Positions 28,234 to 38,371 of a stretch of DNA of 64,000 nt are shown here, one piece after another. The DNA is from Nitrospinaceae bacterium (GTDB lineage Bacteria; Nitrospinota; Nitrospinia; Nitrospinales; Nitrospinaceae): contig OZ245011.1 in assembly GCA_965223665.1 (NCBI GenBank), positions 2,816,001-2,880,000 of the forward strand, in the 5' to 3' direction. Under the pieces are notes generated by a model. The model was not told the origin of the DNA and searched no databases. It saw nothing but the letters and a program-made list of their open reading frames with translations. Position 1 is the first letter of the stretch, and the number at the start of each line of letters is the position of its first letter. Position numbers and translations under genes: made by a program.

Positions 28234-29768
28234 TTTTCAACCATTTGGTTAAACTCAATTAACTGAGTTACCGAAAAAATGCTTCCTTTAAAATCTCGAA
28301 CTCTTTCAACCACAATTATTTTTTCCTGATCTATAGATTCAACCACACCATAGTTAGGACCAATTAACGATCCTACGCGCACTGTATGCCCCATAGTGTC
28401 CTGGGTTTCTACAAGAGCAACCGTACCAAAACCGTCCCATAAGACTCCGGATAACTTCAAACTTTGGATTTCTGCCTGAAGCGGAGTTTTTACTAATTGA
28501 TCTGCATAAGTTCGGGCTTTTTCGATCAGTTTTTTATAGTTGTTTACTTCATTTTCAAAATCAGATTGCGAAAGACCCTCTAAACGCTTTTTATTTCGAA
28601 ACAATGTTGCATAATATTCCAAATCAGAATATAGCGTAGGATCAATCTGCTTCAATTTTTTGAATAATTCATATGGAATGGTATTTAGATCTTTTATTTC
28701 TTCATCAAACCTTTTCTTATTATTTTTATTTTCAGCAGGTGCCTGTGCAACTACAGGAGGAGGTTCTTCCTTCACCAATGGATCAAATGGGTCTCTCCGG
28801 TTGGTAAACATATAACGTAGGCCAGGTGAAAAAACCGTTTTAATGGTTTCTTTATCCTGTTCGCTAGCTTCTAAAATTGTTAGCAAACTGTCTACCCGGC
28901 GACGGGCTTTTCGATTCATTACACCAATTCCATCAGCATTGCCTCTATGGTCGGCCTTATTAAACCATTGACCTTCATCGGATTCGTAAAAATAGACTAG
29001 CTTTTTTAGTTGTTTGTCACTTAAAGATCTATAACGGTATAAATCATCAATTAAATGCAATGATCTTTTGTGCTCTCGTTGCTCCACTTTCATTTTTGTT
29101 ATCAGTTCTTCAACATCTTGGGCCTGAAGCTCTTCATTAAGAGGCCCTACAGTTCTTAATATCGAGGCTTTGTTATCAAGGTCATAATCAACAACTGTCC
29201 TGGCATTTTCAAGTTGGTCGACTAAAGTAAGCCTAGATTTTGATGGTGGATTTTTTGTGATTTCTTGGACAAACTTTTTGTAGCCTCTGGTATTATTTAA
29301 TGATTCAAGTTCCAAACGGACCACTTTCCGTCCTAATTTACTTTTGAAGAACTTAATTGCCTTGCGAATATGTCTATTGTTATAGTCTTTTAATATTCTT
29401 CTGTATTTTGTCTTATAAAAATCATTTAAATTAAAAGAACCTTTATAAACTGAATTAATTAAATCAATATGCTCTGATGAAAGACCAATGCTTTGCAGCA
29501 TTTTTGTGTCTGTAAAAATTTCAGGAGGAAGCTTCATCTTTGACAAAATTCGCTTCTGTTTTTCCATACCACTAATTCTGTATAACTCTTTTGCCAAAGA
29601 TTTTTTGTTAGAAGATTTTTTTGCAATTGCTGCCGTTGCATCTTCATTAGTTAAACCCAATGGGGAGAAAAATAACCCAACCATTAGAATTAAAACAACT
29701 ATTGACTTAATTGATTTCACTCTCATAAGAGAACCCTTATTTCTCCAAGAAGAATAATTGATCGTCAC
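28230..29768 (-). CDS. pilP: Extended PilP-like protein (large N-terminal helical domain plus C-terminal PilP domain)
   Basis: Between pilO and pilQ; RRDPF, PLQ...LKLSGVLW...ALVE...TVRVGSLIGPNYGVVESI. Alternative start at ATG 29726. Confidence 0.78.
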   Translation of the reverse strand: MTINYSSWRNKGSLMRVKSIKSIVVLILMVGLFFSPLGLTNEDATAAIAKKSSNKKSLAKELYRISGMEKQKRILSKMKLPPEIFTDTKMLQSIGLSSEHIDLINSVYKGSFNLNDFYKTKYRRILKDYNNRHIRKAIKFFKSKLGRKVVRLELESLNNTRGYKKFVQEITKNPPSKSRLTLVDQLENARTVVDYDLDNKASILRTVGPLNEELQAQDVEELITKMKVEQREHKRSLHLIDDLYRYRSLSDKQLKKLVYFYESDEGQWFNKADHRGNADGIGVMNRKARRRVDSLLTILEASEQDKETIKTVFSPGLRYMFTNRRDPFDPLVKEEPPPVVAQAPAENKNNKKRFDEEIKDLNTIPYELFKKLKQIDPTLYSDLEYYATLFRNKKRLEGLSQSDFENEVNNYKKLIEKARTYADQLVKTPLQAEIQSLKLSGVLWDGFGTVALVETQDTMGHTVRVGSLIGPNYGVVESIDQEKIIVVERVRDFKGSIFSVTQLIEFNQMVEN

Positions 29769-30409
29769 AGAACCTCCGCTCCTTCGATATAGGCATAGGT
29801 ATTGGCTTTAATTGAAGTTTGTAATCGATCCACATCCTGCAATTCAGTTTTACCGGTTGCATCTTTTTTAATTTTTTTAGCTGGCTTAATTTCCATTTTT
29901 AAATCGGAAATATTTACCAACCGAAGCAAACTTTGAAGCATATCGAAAAATCCCGCTGTTCGATAATATTCTCCTGAAAAAGTAATAGTGACAGGAATTT
30001 CTTTGTAGAACTCATTGTCTTTAGCCTCACCCATTTTAAAATTCAAAATTTGGAGTCCTAAAAACTCTGCCACATCACTAAGCTTGTTAAGCAAATCAGG
30101 GATTTCCTCAGGAAGTGGCAATTGTCTTTTTTTCTCGACTAAAGTTCCTTCTAAGGTTGCCACTTGTTTAACCACTACATCCATTTGGCTTACTGCTTTT
30201 TTATATTTTTCAAGCTTGTTTCTGGTTGAAACCTTTTTTTGCTCCAAGGAGGCATACTCTGCCTGCTTGTCCTCATAAATAAAAAAGTAATACCCGGCCA
30301 AAACTCCCATACTTAGGACGCCAGCTACTACTAGCATATGCACAAACTTTAAATTCTCTAAAGAATGGTAAGGCAAACGATCGAATATTTTTTCTAAAAC
30401 CGCTTTCAT
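29765..30409 (-). CDS. pilO: Type IV pilus assembly protein PilO
   Basis: TM helix, coiled coil, QLP..EEIPDLL, EFYKEIPV, G.YY....FF. Confidence 0.93.
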   Translation of the reverse strand: MKAVLEKIFDRLPYHSLENLKFVHMLVVAGVLSMGVLAGYYFFIYEDKQAEYASLEQKKVSTRNKLEKYKKAVSQMDVVVKQVATLEGTLVEKKRQLPLPEEIPDLLNKLSDVAEFLGLQILNFKMGEAKDNEFYKEIPVTITFSGEYYRTAGFFDMLQSLLRLVNISDLKMEIKPAKKIKKDATGKTELQDVDRLQTSIKANTYAYIEGAEVL

Positions 30410-30421
30410 AGATTGACTTCC

Positions 30422-31078
30422 TTAAGCTTGAACGTCAGGTTTCATTACATGGCAATAAATTGTAAATTCCCTGATTGGATTTAAACCTATCCAGATTTCT
30501 TTGGTAGAGAACAACAACACATGATCTAAATAAGAAACCCCTTTTAATTGATCCAAAAAATTAACTACTGATTGATCCGATTTCCCCAATCCTTTGATTT
30601 CTATAAATTGATCATCTCCATTAGCTTGGCTTTTATTTTTTGGATCGTTTGGTTTGGATTTTTTATTTTCTAGAAATACAAAAGGGATTCTCTTTGCTTT
30701 TACTTCTTTGGTTGTAAGTTGATCAATAGTTTTCAACCAAATATCTTCTGGAATACTTTGTCCTACATCATCAAGGATTTCTGTTGTTCGACTGCGCTTT
30801 GTCCTTAATTGATCTATCCCGGTAATAATTTCGTTTAATTTAGATTCCTGCTTTTTTAATCTTTGTACTTTTTTATACTTTGGATCTAATTGGGCCACTT
30901 CAACTTCAATTTCTCTTACCTCATCCTTTAAATTGGCGATACTTGCTGTTTCAAAAACCCAATTAACTCCACAAACCGCAATAAAAGCAAAAATCACACT
31001 TACAGCTGTGGTCAGTTGCTTTTGAATTACAACTTGACGGACAATTTTGTTGTAGTCGATTAAATTGATTCGAATCAT
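30422..31078 (-). CDS. pilN: Type IV pilus assembly protein PilN
   Basis: MIRINL N-terminus, TM helix, coiled coil, IPEDIWL. Confidence 0.9.
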   Translation of the reverse strand: MIRINLIDYNKIVRQVVIQKQLTTAVSVIFAFIAVCGVNWVFETASIANLKDEVREIEVEVAQLDPKYKKVQRLKKQESKLNEIITGIDQLRTKRSRTTEILDDVGQSIPEDIWLKTIDQLTTKEVKAKRIPFVFLENKKSKPNDPKNKSQANGDDQFIEIKGLGKSDQSVVNFLDQLKGVSYLDHVLLFSTKEIWIGLNPIREFTIYCHVMKPDVQA

Positions 31079-32163
31079 AAGTAATCAAACCTTCTGGTTG
31101 CAAGCCCTACAGCAACTGATGCCATAGGAGACATTTTTCCCAAAGTATTTTGGTCAAACTTTCTTGAATTGACTTTAATTGATTCCATGGGGTTAAAAAT
31201 TTCTACCGGAATAGCAAAGCGTTCGGCCATCAAACTATCGACCCCAGGAATTAGAGATCCACCTCCACACAAAAACACCTGATCTACTTGACTATTTGAA
31301 GTAGAACTAAAAAATTCAAATGATTTCTGTACTTCTTCCAAAATAGGTTCAAAACAGTCCAAAATTAGATCAACCACTTCTTCTTTATCAATGTTGCTCC
31401 TTGGCATGACCCCTAATTTCATTGACTCAGAATCTCGAAATTCGAAACCATACTGGCTCATCATTTTTGAGGTACAAACGTCTCCACCCATGGGTATATC
31501 TCTTGTAAATGAGGTAATCCCATTCATCAAAATATTTAGGTGGGTAAACGAACCACCCAAATCAATGATGGCCACCGAACCCATGTCAAAAAGATTCCTT
31601 GAAATGCTCAATGCATTTACCACGGCAAAAACATCAAGATCAATAATGACCGGTTTCAAACCCGCGGCGGTTAATACATCTGACCGACTGTCAATAATTT
31701 CATTTTGTACGGCAACCAAAATTATTTCCTGTTTCTCTTCATCCTCATCCTCAAAGTCATGTAGATCTTCTTTTGGAGTTGAGTTTTCAACTATCTGGAA
31801 ATCGATTTGAACATCATCAATATCAAATGGTATGTATTGTTCTGCCTCTTGATCAATAATTTCTTCCAGTTCTTCGCGAGGCATCATGGGTACTTTTATT
31901 TTTTTTATTATTACCGCCTCACCAGCTACTGATGAAATTGCGTACCTTGTTTCTACTTTCTCGGCCTTAACCAGTCTCGTGAGTGCGTCCACCACATGAT
32001 CTTCGTCACGGACGATCCCATCCACCACAGCCTCCTGCTCTAAAGGCATAACTCCAAAAGAAGAAAGTTCATATTTATTTTTCGATCCCATCAATTGAGC
32101 AACCTTTATGGAGTTGGATCCAATATCAACAGCTAATAATGGTGTATTTTCAGAAAGGAACAT
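31075..32163 (-). CDS. pilM: Type IV pilus assembly protein PilM
   Basis: Actin-like fold: VDIGSNSIK, EAEQYIPF, IDLGG, LCGGGS, AVGLATR. Confidence 0.96.
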   Translation of the reverse strand: MFLSENTPLLAVDIGSNSIKVAQLMGSKNKYELSSFGVMPLEQEAVVDGIVRDEDHVVDALTRLVKAEKVETRYAISSVAGEAVIIKKIKVPMMPREELEEIIDQEAEQYIPFDIDDVQIDFQIVENSTPKEDLHDFEDEDEEKQEIILVAVQNEIIDSRSDVLTAAGLKPVIIDLDVFAVVNALSISRNLFDMGSVAIIDLGGSFTHLNILMNGITSFTRDIPMGGDVCTSKMMSQYGFEFRDSESMKLGVMPRSNIDKEEVVDLILDCFEPILEEVQKSFEFFSSTSNSQVDQVFLCGGGSLIPGVDSLMAERFAIPVEIFNPMESIKVNSRKFDQNTLGKMSPMASVAVGLATRRFDYL

Positions 32164-32240
32164 GAAATTTTCCTAAAATAAAGTTACCTACTAAAATCTT
32201 GAAAATTCGGTCAATAAGAAAATTTACCGAATATTAAATG

Positions 32241-32510
32241 TCATTTTCTTAGCTTAATTCTTGCTCTGGAAGCACTTGAGCCAGAATTATTTCCAAAAAC
32301 TTTTTCCCGATCCCCTAATTTATAACCCAGAGCTAAAATAATCTTCCGCTTAGTGTCCAGCCGGCAATCCATTCCTTTTTCAATTCGATCTAGGGTTTGA
32401 ACCGTTACATCCGCTTTTCTTGCTAATTCAGCCTTGCTCATCATCATTGATTCTCGAATTCGGCGAACATTATTTTCGTGGGTCAATACCCTTTCCTTCC
32501 TAAGTGGCAT
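32241..32510 (-). CDS. XRE-family HTH regulator upstream of pilM
   Basis: NNVRRIRESMMMSKAELARKADVTVQTLDRIEKG. Confidence 0.88.
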   Translation of the reverse strand: MPLRKERVLTHENNVRRIRESMMMSKAELARKADVTVQTLDRIEKGMDCRLDTKRKIILALGYKLGDREKVFGNNSGSSASRARIKLRK

Positions 32511-32866
32511 GCGGGTCTTCTAAAAAGTTTGTTATTCTACTGTTTTTAAAGGGGTTAATTTCATGATAAGGGAACCCCTAAATTTAGTCAATAACAATTG
32601 AAAAAAATGTAAATTTAATAAAATTTATATATATTTCCTAAAAAGGTTTTTACAAATTTCAGTATAAAGAAGGAACAAAGTGAGCAAAAACCGATTCAAT
32701 TCTTATTAACATTTGATAGCTATACATTAAGTGTAAAGTTAAATTATGATTTTTCCAACCTAAATCTATTAATTCCTTAAAAAAAGATCAGATTAAAATT
32801 TGCCCATTTTGACGACCCTAAATCTTTTTTGGAAACACAAAGTTTTTTCGTTAAAATCATTCCACT

Positions 32867-34198
32867 ATGAAACAGGTCTATTTAGAAACCTTTGGTTGCC
32901 AAATGAACGTCGCTGATTCCGATCGTATGGAACTGTTATTATTTAATTCGGGATATCTGCGTACACCTCATAAAGAAGATGCAGATTTAATATTAATAAA
33001 TACTTGTTCCATTAGAGAAAAGGCAGAACAAAAAGTCTTTTCCTTATTCGGAGGAATGCGCTCTTTAAAAAAAGATAACCCCGATCTAATTTTTGGTTTG
33101 GCTGGGTGTCTGGCCCAACAGGAAAAGGAACAACTTTTCAAAAGAATTCCTCAGTTAGATTTGATAATCGGTCCAGATTCAATTGAAGATATTCCCTGGG
33201 CAGTTGACCAAGTTTCTAGTGAACGTAGGCCAGTAATTTGGACGGAATTCGATGACAAAAGTAATTACTCGATTCCTCAGACAAAAAACAACAAGGCCCC
33301 TGGGCCCAGTGTTTTTGTAAACATTATTAAAGGATGTGATAAGTTTTGTAGCTTTTGTGTAGTTCCTTTTACCCGTGGCCGTGAAAAGTCTCGGGAAGCC
33401 TCGGAAATTTATGAAGAAATACAGCAACTTGTGGATTTAGGTGCGAAGGAATTTATTCTATTAGGCCAAAATGTTAATGCCTATGGAAAAAGAGGGATGC
33501 AACAACCTGTTGCCTTTCATGAATTACTTTATAAGGTTTCTGAAATTCCCGGTGTAGAGCGATTAAGATTCACGACTAGTCACCCCAGAGATTTTACGCG
33601 AGATTTAATTTTAGCTTATCGGGATATTCCTAACTTAATGAATCATCTTCACCTTCCGGTTCAAAGTGGTAATAATCGGGTTCTAGAAATTATGCGCCGT
33701 AACCATACTGTAGAAGAATACTTAGCTCTCATTGAAGAACTTAAATCTGAAGTTCCAGGCATTGCATTATCAACAGATATTATTGTTGGGTTTCCAAGTG
33801 AAACTAAAAATGAATTTGAAGATACATTAAATTTAATGAAAACTGTGGGATTCAATAATAGCTACATGTTCTCTTATAGTCCACGGCCCAACACACCAGC
33901 ACTTGAATTCGAAGATACTGTTTCTGAAGAAGAAAAAAAAGCACGTCTTCAGCAAACCATTAATTTGCAAAATCAATTAACTGAAAATCAAGGTATAAGT
34001 TTTTTGGGCAAGCAAGTGGAAGTTTTGATAGAAAGTAAAACAAACCGCAATCAAATGAATTTTAAAGGAAGAAATCCCGAGTATTGGATGGTTCTCTTTA
34101 AAGGCGGCGAAGACTGTTTAAAACCTGGAGATATAGTCACGGTTGCTGTGGAATCAGTTTCAGGTCATGTTTTACACGGGTCTCTCGTCGATCAATAA
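32867..34198 (+). CDS. miaB: tRNA-2-methylthio-N6-dimethylallyladenosine synthase
   Basis: TFGCQMN, NTCSIREKAEQK, GCDKFCSFC (radical SAM), C-terminal TRAM domain. Confidence 0.96.
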   Translation: MKQVYLETFGCQMNVADSDRMELLLFNSGYLRTPHKEDADLILINTCSIREKAEQKVFSLFGGMRSLKKDNPDLIFGLAGCLAQQEKEQLFKRIPQLDLIIGPDSIEDIPWAVDQVSSERRPVIWTEFDDKSNYSIPQTKNNKAPGPSVFVNIIKGCDKFCSFCVVPFTRGREKSREASEIYEEIQQLVDLGAKEFILLGQNVNAYGKRGMQQPVAFHELLYKVSEIPGVERLRFTTSHPRDFTRDLILAYRDIPNLMNHLHLPVQSGNNRVLEIMRRNHTVEEYLALIEELKSEVPGIALSTDIIVGFPSETKNEFEDTLNLMKTVGFNNSYMFSYSPRPNTPALEFEDTVSEEEKKARLQQTINLQNQLTENQGISFLGKQVEVLIESKTNRNQMNFKGRNPEYWMVLFKGGEDCLKPGDIVTVAVESVSGHVLHGSLVDQ

Positions 34199-35640
34199 AT
34201 ACCCAACCGGTAATAAATATCTTCTTCTAGTCGATCCAAATTAGGTTGCACCATATGGACAGCCATTCGCATATCCCGAATACTTTTAATTTCAGGAGGG
34301 GTATCTCTTTGCGACAAATTGGTTAATGCCTCTAAACAAAAAGTATCTAATTCGGCCAATTGTTCAATAATTTCTTCAGGAAGATCTTCCAAGTTAACTA
34401 AATTTACTTCTAAAAATCGCATCATTTCTATTAAACGAATTTTTACGGAGACAACGCTTTTCCTAATTTTTGAAATCAATATAGATTCCGGTGATTCTAG
34501 TTCCTCATAAATTTGGTGAAGAAGTTTTCTTAACAATCGATAAAAAGCATTACTTTGCCTCTGATTAAAAAAACAATCTTTTTTCGCACCAAATAAAAGA
34601 TCAAAAATCGTTTTAATCTCGAATCCTTGATCATCCAGAAGCGTAATAAGGATGGCCTTAAATTCATTTTCTGTTATGGCCAAACCCATGTCTTCAAAAA
34701 TATTTTGTAAGGATCCTGTACGGCCTACAGGTTTTTTCTTAATGACTTCAAAAACTGAATCCAAGTTACTTTCTGAAGCTTGCGGTAAAAATTGAATTTC
34801 ACCACTAGGTCCTCTACCTAAAGTAAAAGAAGTAATAAATTCTGTAAAACTTATTAGAGAAAAAGCAGAGGCAAAATTATCGAGATCTTGAAATGAATAA
34901 AACAGATAGAGCAACTGTTTCTCCAAACTGGCAAATTGGAATTTAGGATGCTCACAAAACTGACCTAAAGTTTTTTCTAATTGAATATAAAAATATCTTA
35001 ACTTTAATTGATCTTGTAGCTGATCCTTATTCTTATAGGGCTGAACCTCAAACAGTCCTTGGTCAAAATCTTTCAAACAAATTTTTAGAGCATCACTTAT
35101 ATCCCGGTTAATTTCCTTAAAATATTTCTTTAGATCCCAAATGGTTAAGTCTACTTTACTTTTTCCAGGCACCCACGGGTTTACAATTATATGATCCGGA
35201 AAATGACGTTGGCTGGAATATTGATAAAAAGGCATCACCTCATCGATAAAAAAAGATTTTTTCTTCTTTGGAATTTCCTCTCCATTTTGATCTATTAACT
35301 TTATTTGAGATTCTTGTAACTCAACTGATAAAAAGGGAATAAAACGATGACCGGCTAGAAGAATTTTTCGATCTTTTTCAAATTTACTCAATTCAATTAC
35401 GATTGGCATGGATCCAATATGTTGAAATACTGCTGAATAAGGTACATAGCTTTTTTGATCGATTCCAATTAAAAAATCATGGTCGAATAGTTTCTCCCTA
35501 AGATCATTTAATGTTGAGGGGGCAATTCGACGATGCCAATGTTCCTGAATTCTGGAAACAAATTCATCTGCGGTAAATGGAGCCTGCGAATCTCTTATTA
35601 AATTTTCTGCTAATTTATGAAGGGTGAGCCGCTTTGTCAT
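34192..35640 (-). CDS. Hypothetical protein
   Basis: 482-aa ORF with no motif I recognise confidently. Confidence 0.7.
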   Translation of the reverse strand: MTKRLTLHKLAENLIRDSQAPFTADEFVSRIQEHWHRRIAPSTLNDLREKLFDHDFLIGIDQKSYVPYSAVFQHIGSMPIVIELSKFEKDRKILLAGHRFIPFLSVELQESQIKLIDQNGEEIPKKKKSFFIDEVMPFYQYSSQRHFPDHIIVNPWVPGKSKVDLTIWDLKKYFKEINRDISDALKICLKDFDQGLFEVQPYKNKDQLQDQLKLRYFYIQLEKTLGQFCEHPKFQFASLEKQLLYLFYSFQDLDNFASAFSLISFTEFITSFTLGRGPSGEIQFLPQASESNLDSVFEVIKKKPVGRTGSLQNIFEDMGLAITENEFKAILITLLDDQGFEIKTIFDLLFGAKKDCFFNQRQSNAFYRLLRKLLHQIYEELESPESILISKIRKSVVSVKIRLIEMMRFLEVNLVNLEDLPEEIIEQLAELDTFCLEALTNLSQRDTPPEIKSIRDMRMAVHMVQPNLDRLEEDIYYRLGIY

Positions 35641-35997
35641 GGGCAGAAGGAGGAATGATTGGAATTCAATAATTTTTTATTAAGGCTGATCTGATAACTC
35701 ATCAACCTGGAAGGTCCAATACTTACAATTTTTAACGGGGTTGATGGTAACACAAAAAGCTATTGCTGTTAAATATTTTATGGGAGATATAATGAACTGA
35801 TTCAAAAAACCATTTTTTTTAGAAAAGAAAAATAAATTCACTCCCCCAAGTCTTAATAAAACAAAGGCTAATTAAGAAAATATTAAATTTTAAGTTCTAT
35901 AATGGACCGCTAAATAATAAAACCATTGATTTTATTCCTTAGAATTAGGTAAATTTAAATCATAAAATAAACAAAATAGTTATTTGGAAAGGGAAAA

Positions 35998-36258
35998 ATG
36001 ATGTCTCATCAACACGATATCGAAATCACTTATCGAAGAATATTTAATAGACTTAAAACCCGTAAAAAGTTTTCAATTCAAGCCATCGAAGGAGAAAAAG
36101 TAACCATTGAGCAAGATGAAGAAATTTGTGGTCAGAAAGAACCTAGAACTTTTGTTTTTAATAGTGAAAAAGAACTTGAAGAATTTGTAACTCAAGAAAA
36201 TCAGATTGAACGGGATATCGAAGGCCAACTTTCTGGCGACCAAATGCCCTATAGGTAA
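35998..36258 (+). CDS. Small acidic hypothetical protein
   Basis: 86-aa ORF preceded by GGAAAGGG SD. Confidence 0.7.
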   Translation: MMSHQHDIEITYRRIFNRLKTRKKFSIQAIEGEKVTIEQDEEICGQKEPRTFVFNSEKELEEFVTQENQIERDIEGQLSGDQMPYR

Positions 36259-36284
36259 AATTGATAAAAATTAAAGAAATGGAT

Positions 36285-36863
36285 TCATTTCTTGACCTTC
36301 CAAGATCCGTCGGTCATTTGAACTTTTTCACCCGATTTTGCATTGTCTCTATTGAGGCTAGCTGAAATAGACTGAACTTTTGGAAGGTCTCCTTCAGAAA
36401 AGTGGGTATTGGTGGCCAATATTCTTTCGTAAATTGCCATCCTGTCTTCATTTTCTTCTTGGACCAAAGCCATAACAAATTTTTTAAATTTAACATTCTT
36501 TTTGGTCTGAGGAGTTTCGAAAAATTTTAACAATCCTCTATTGGATTCCCCTACACATCCGATCTTTTTAAATCGTTGAATATCATCATGATTAAATTCC
36601 TGCCTTTGTTTAGCTCTAATGGCTTTTAACTTTCCAGGAGGAATTTCAGAGACACTCTTTAATTTACCGTTTTCATCTACAGATCTGACGGAAGCTAAAA
36701 GAATTACATCGTTGCCAATCTCCTCGTAACTTCCTAAAACCTGGTTCTCTAAAGCCGTTTTTTGGTCAACCACAGTGACATTCACATCCGCTAAGGAACC
36801 ACCGCATCCAGAAAATAAAATCACGGAAGAAAATAAAATTAATATTTTTTGACGAATCCTCAT
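36285..36863 (-). CDS. DUF1318/YdbL-like lipoprotein
   Basis: FSGC lipobox; TALENQVLG, VGESNRGLL, EENEDR..IY, Q..DGSW. Confidence 0.8.
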   Translation of the reverse strand: MRIRQKILILFSSVILFSGCGGSLADVNVTVVDQKTALENQVLGSYEEIGNDVILLASVRSVDENGKLKSVSEIPPGKLKAIRAKQRQEFNHDDIQRFKKIGCVGESNRGLLKFFETPQTKKNVKFKKFVMALVQEENEDRMAIYERILATNTHFSEGDLPKVQSISASLNRDNAKSGEKVQMTDGSWKVKK

Positions 36864-36902
36864 TTTGTCTCTTAAAAAAATTCTAATAAATTCATTAAAT
36901 CG

Positions 36903-38156
36903 TTAATTAAATCTCCGAAGAACAATCGCCGAGTTTTTGGATCCAAATGAAATACAATTGCTTATGGCAACATTGATTTTTTTTTCTCTTGCTTCATTAG
37001 CAATATAATCCATATCACATTCCGGATCCGGATGTTCTATATTAATTGTAGGTGTAAGCAGCCCTTTGGATAATGACAAGGCAGTCACAGAAATTCCTAA
37101 AGCCCCAGAAGCTCCTTGAGGATGTCCAATCATAGATTTGGTAGAGCTAACAGGTACCTGCATTGCAAATCCATTTAAGGCTTGTTTGACAGCAAATGTC
37201 TCTATTCGATCATTCATGACCGTGGAGGTTCCATGAAAGTTTATGTAGTTAATATCTTCTTCATTTATTTGGGCATCCTTCATTGCCAATCTCAAAGCTC
37301 GAGTCGATTGCTTTCCATCTGGCATAATGGCAACACGATGATATGCATCACAAGTTGTTCCATAACCAATCATTTCTGCATAAATCGAAGAACCCCTTTT
37401 TTTTGCATGCTCCAGTTCTTCCAGAATAAACATCCAACTTCCCTCAGCCAATACAAACCCCTCTCGATCCCTGTTAAAGGGACGCGATCCTCTTTCAGGA
37501 TCTTCATTAAAATGAATGGGATTGGCTTTCATCCTTTCAAAACCTGTCATCATGGCGGGAGTTACACAGGCCTCCACTCCACCGGTTAAAAACCAATCTT
37601 CTTGTCCAAACCGAATCGCGTTAAAGGCATAACCCATCGCATCTGTGGAGCTGGTACACCCGTTTGAAATAACATGGCTACGGCCTTGTATTCCGAACTT
37701 CATTGAAACTTCACTTGAAAGCATTCCAACTAACGAATTAGAAATGGCATAGGGGCTAATTTTCTTTTTTTGATCCGAATAAAAAAAATTAAATTGCTTT
37801 TCAGAAAAATCAAAACCAGAGCCCCCTGTACCAACTAAAACTCCCAAGCTTTCCTGATCTTCCTCAGAAAATTCGCTAAAATCAATCCCGGCATCATTTA
37901 ATGCTTCCTGAGAAGCAGCCACACATAAGGGTACCGTCCTGGGAAGTTTTTTCAAATCCTGACCCGAATAATATTGAGTAGGGTCAAACTCTGAAACTTC
38001 ACCCGCAATTTGACATTCAAGACCATCGGGATTAAAACTTTGAATTTTGTTTATTCCACTGATACCGTTACAAGTATTTTCCCAAAAAACTTCTTTGCCC
38101 ATTCCATTGGGACTCATTACTCCGATACCAGTCAGCACCACTCTGCGAGGAAACAT
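36903..38156 (-). CDS. Beta-ketoacyl-ACP synthase (FabF/KAS II-like)
   Basis: RRVVLTGIG, GCTSS (Cys), SRPF...GFVLAEG, HGTST, KSMIGH; Cys-His-His triad intact. Confidence 0.92.
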   Translation of the reverse strand: MFPRRVVLTGIGVMSPNGMGKEVFWENTCNGISGINKIQSFNPDGLECQIAGEVSEFDPTQYYSGQDLKKLPRTVPLCVAASQEALNDAGIDFSEFSEEDQESLGVLVGTGGSGFDFSEKQFNFFYSDQKKKISPYAISNSLVGMLSSEVSMKFGIQGRSHVISNGCTSSTDAMGYAFNAIRFGQEDWFLTGGVEACVTPAMMTGFERMKANPIHFNEDPERGSRPFNRDREGFVLAEGSWMFILEELEHAKKRGSSIYAEMIGYGTTCDAYHRVAIMPDGKQSTRALRLAMKDAQINEEDINYINFHGTSTVMNDRIETFAVKQALNGFAMQVPVSSTKSMIGHPQGASGALGISVTALSLSKGLLTPTINIEHPDPECDMDYIANEAREKKINVAISNCISFGSKNSAIVLRRFN

Positions 38157-38371
38157 AAATATTCGTATCAACGTTTACAGAAATTCAATAACTAGAAAAT
38201 TTTATCACACTGAATTCACCTCCGACAAAATATATCGTTAAGAAAAAAATTACTTCACTTTATGTCAAACTTTGTAAAAAGAAGGAAACTCTTTTATCCT
38301 ATTTTAAAATTTGAAAATTTAATGTTAACCTTTGAAAAATAACTTTTTCTCTATGGATGAGAGGTTAAATT

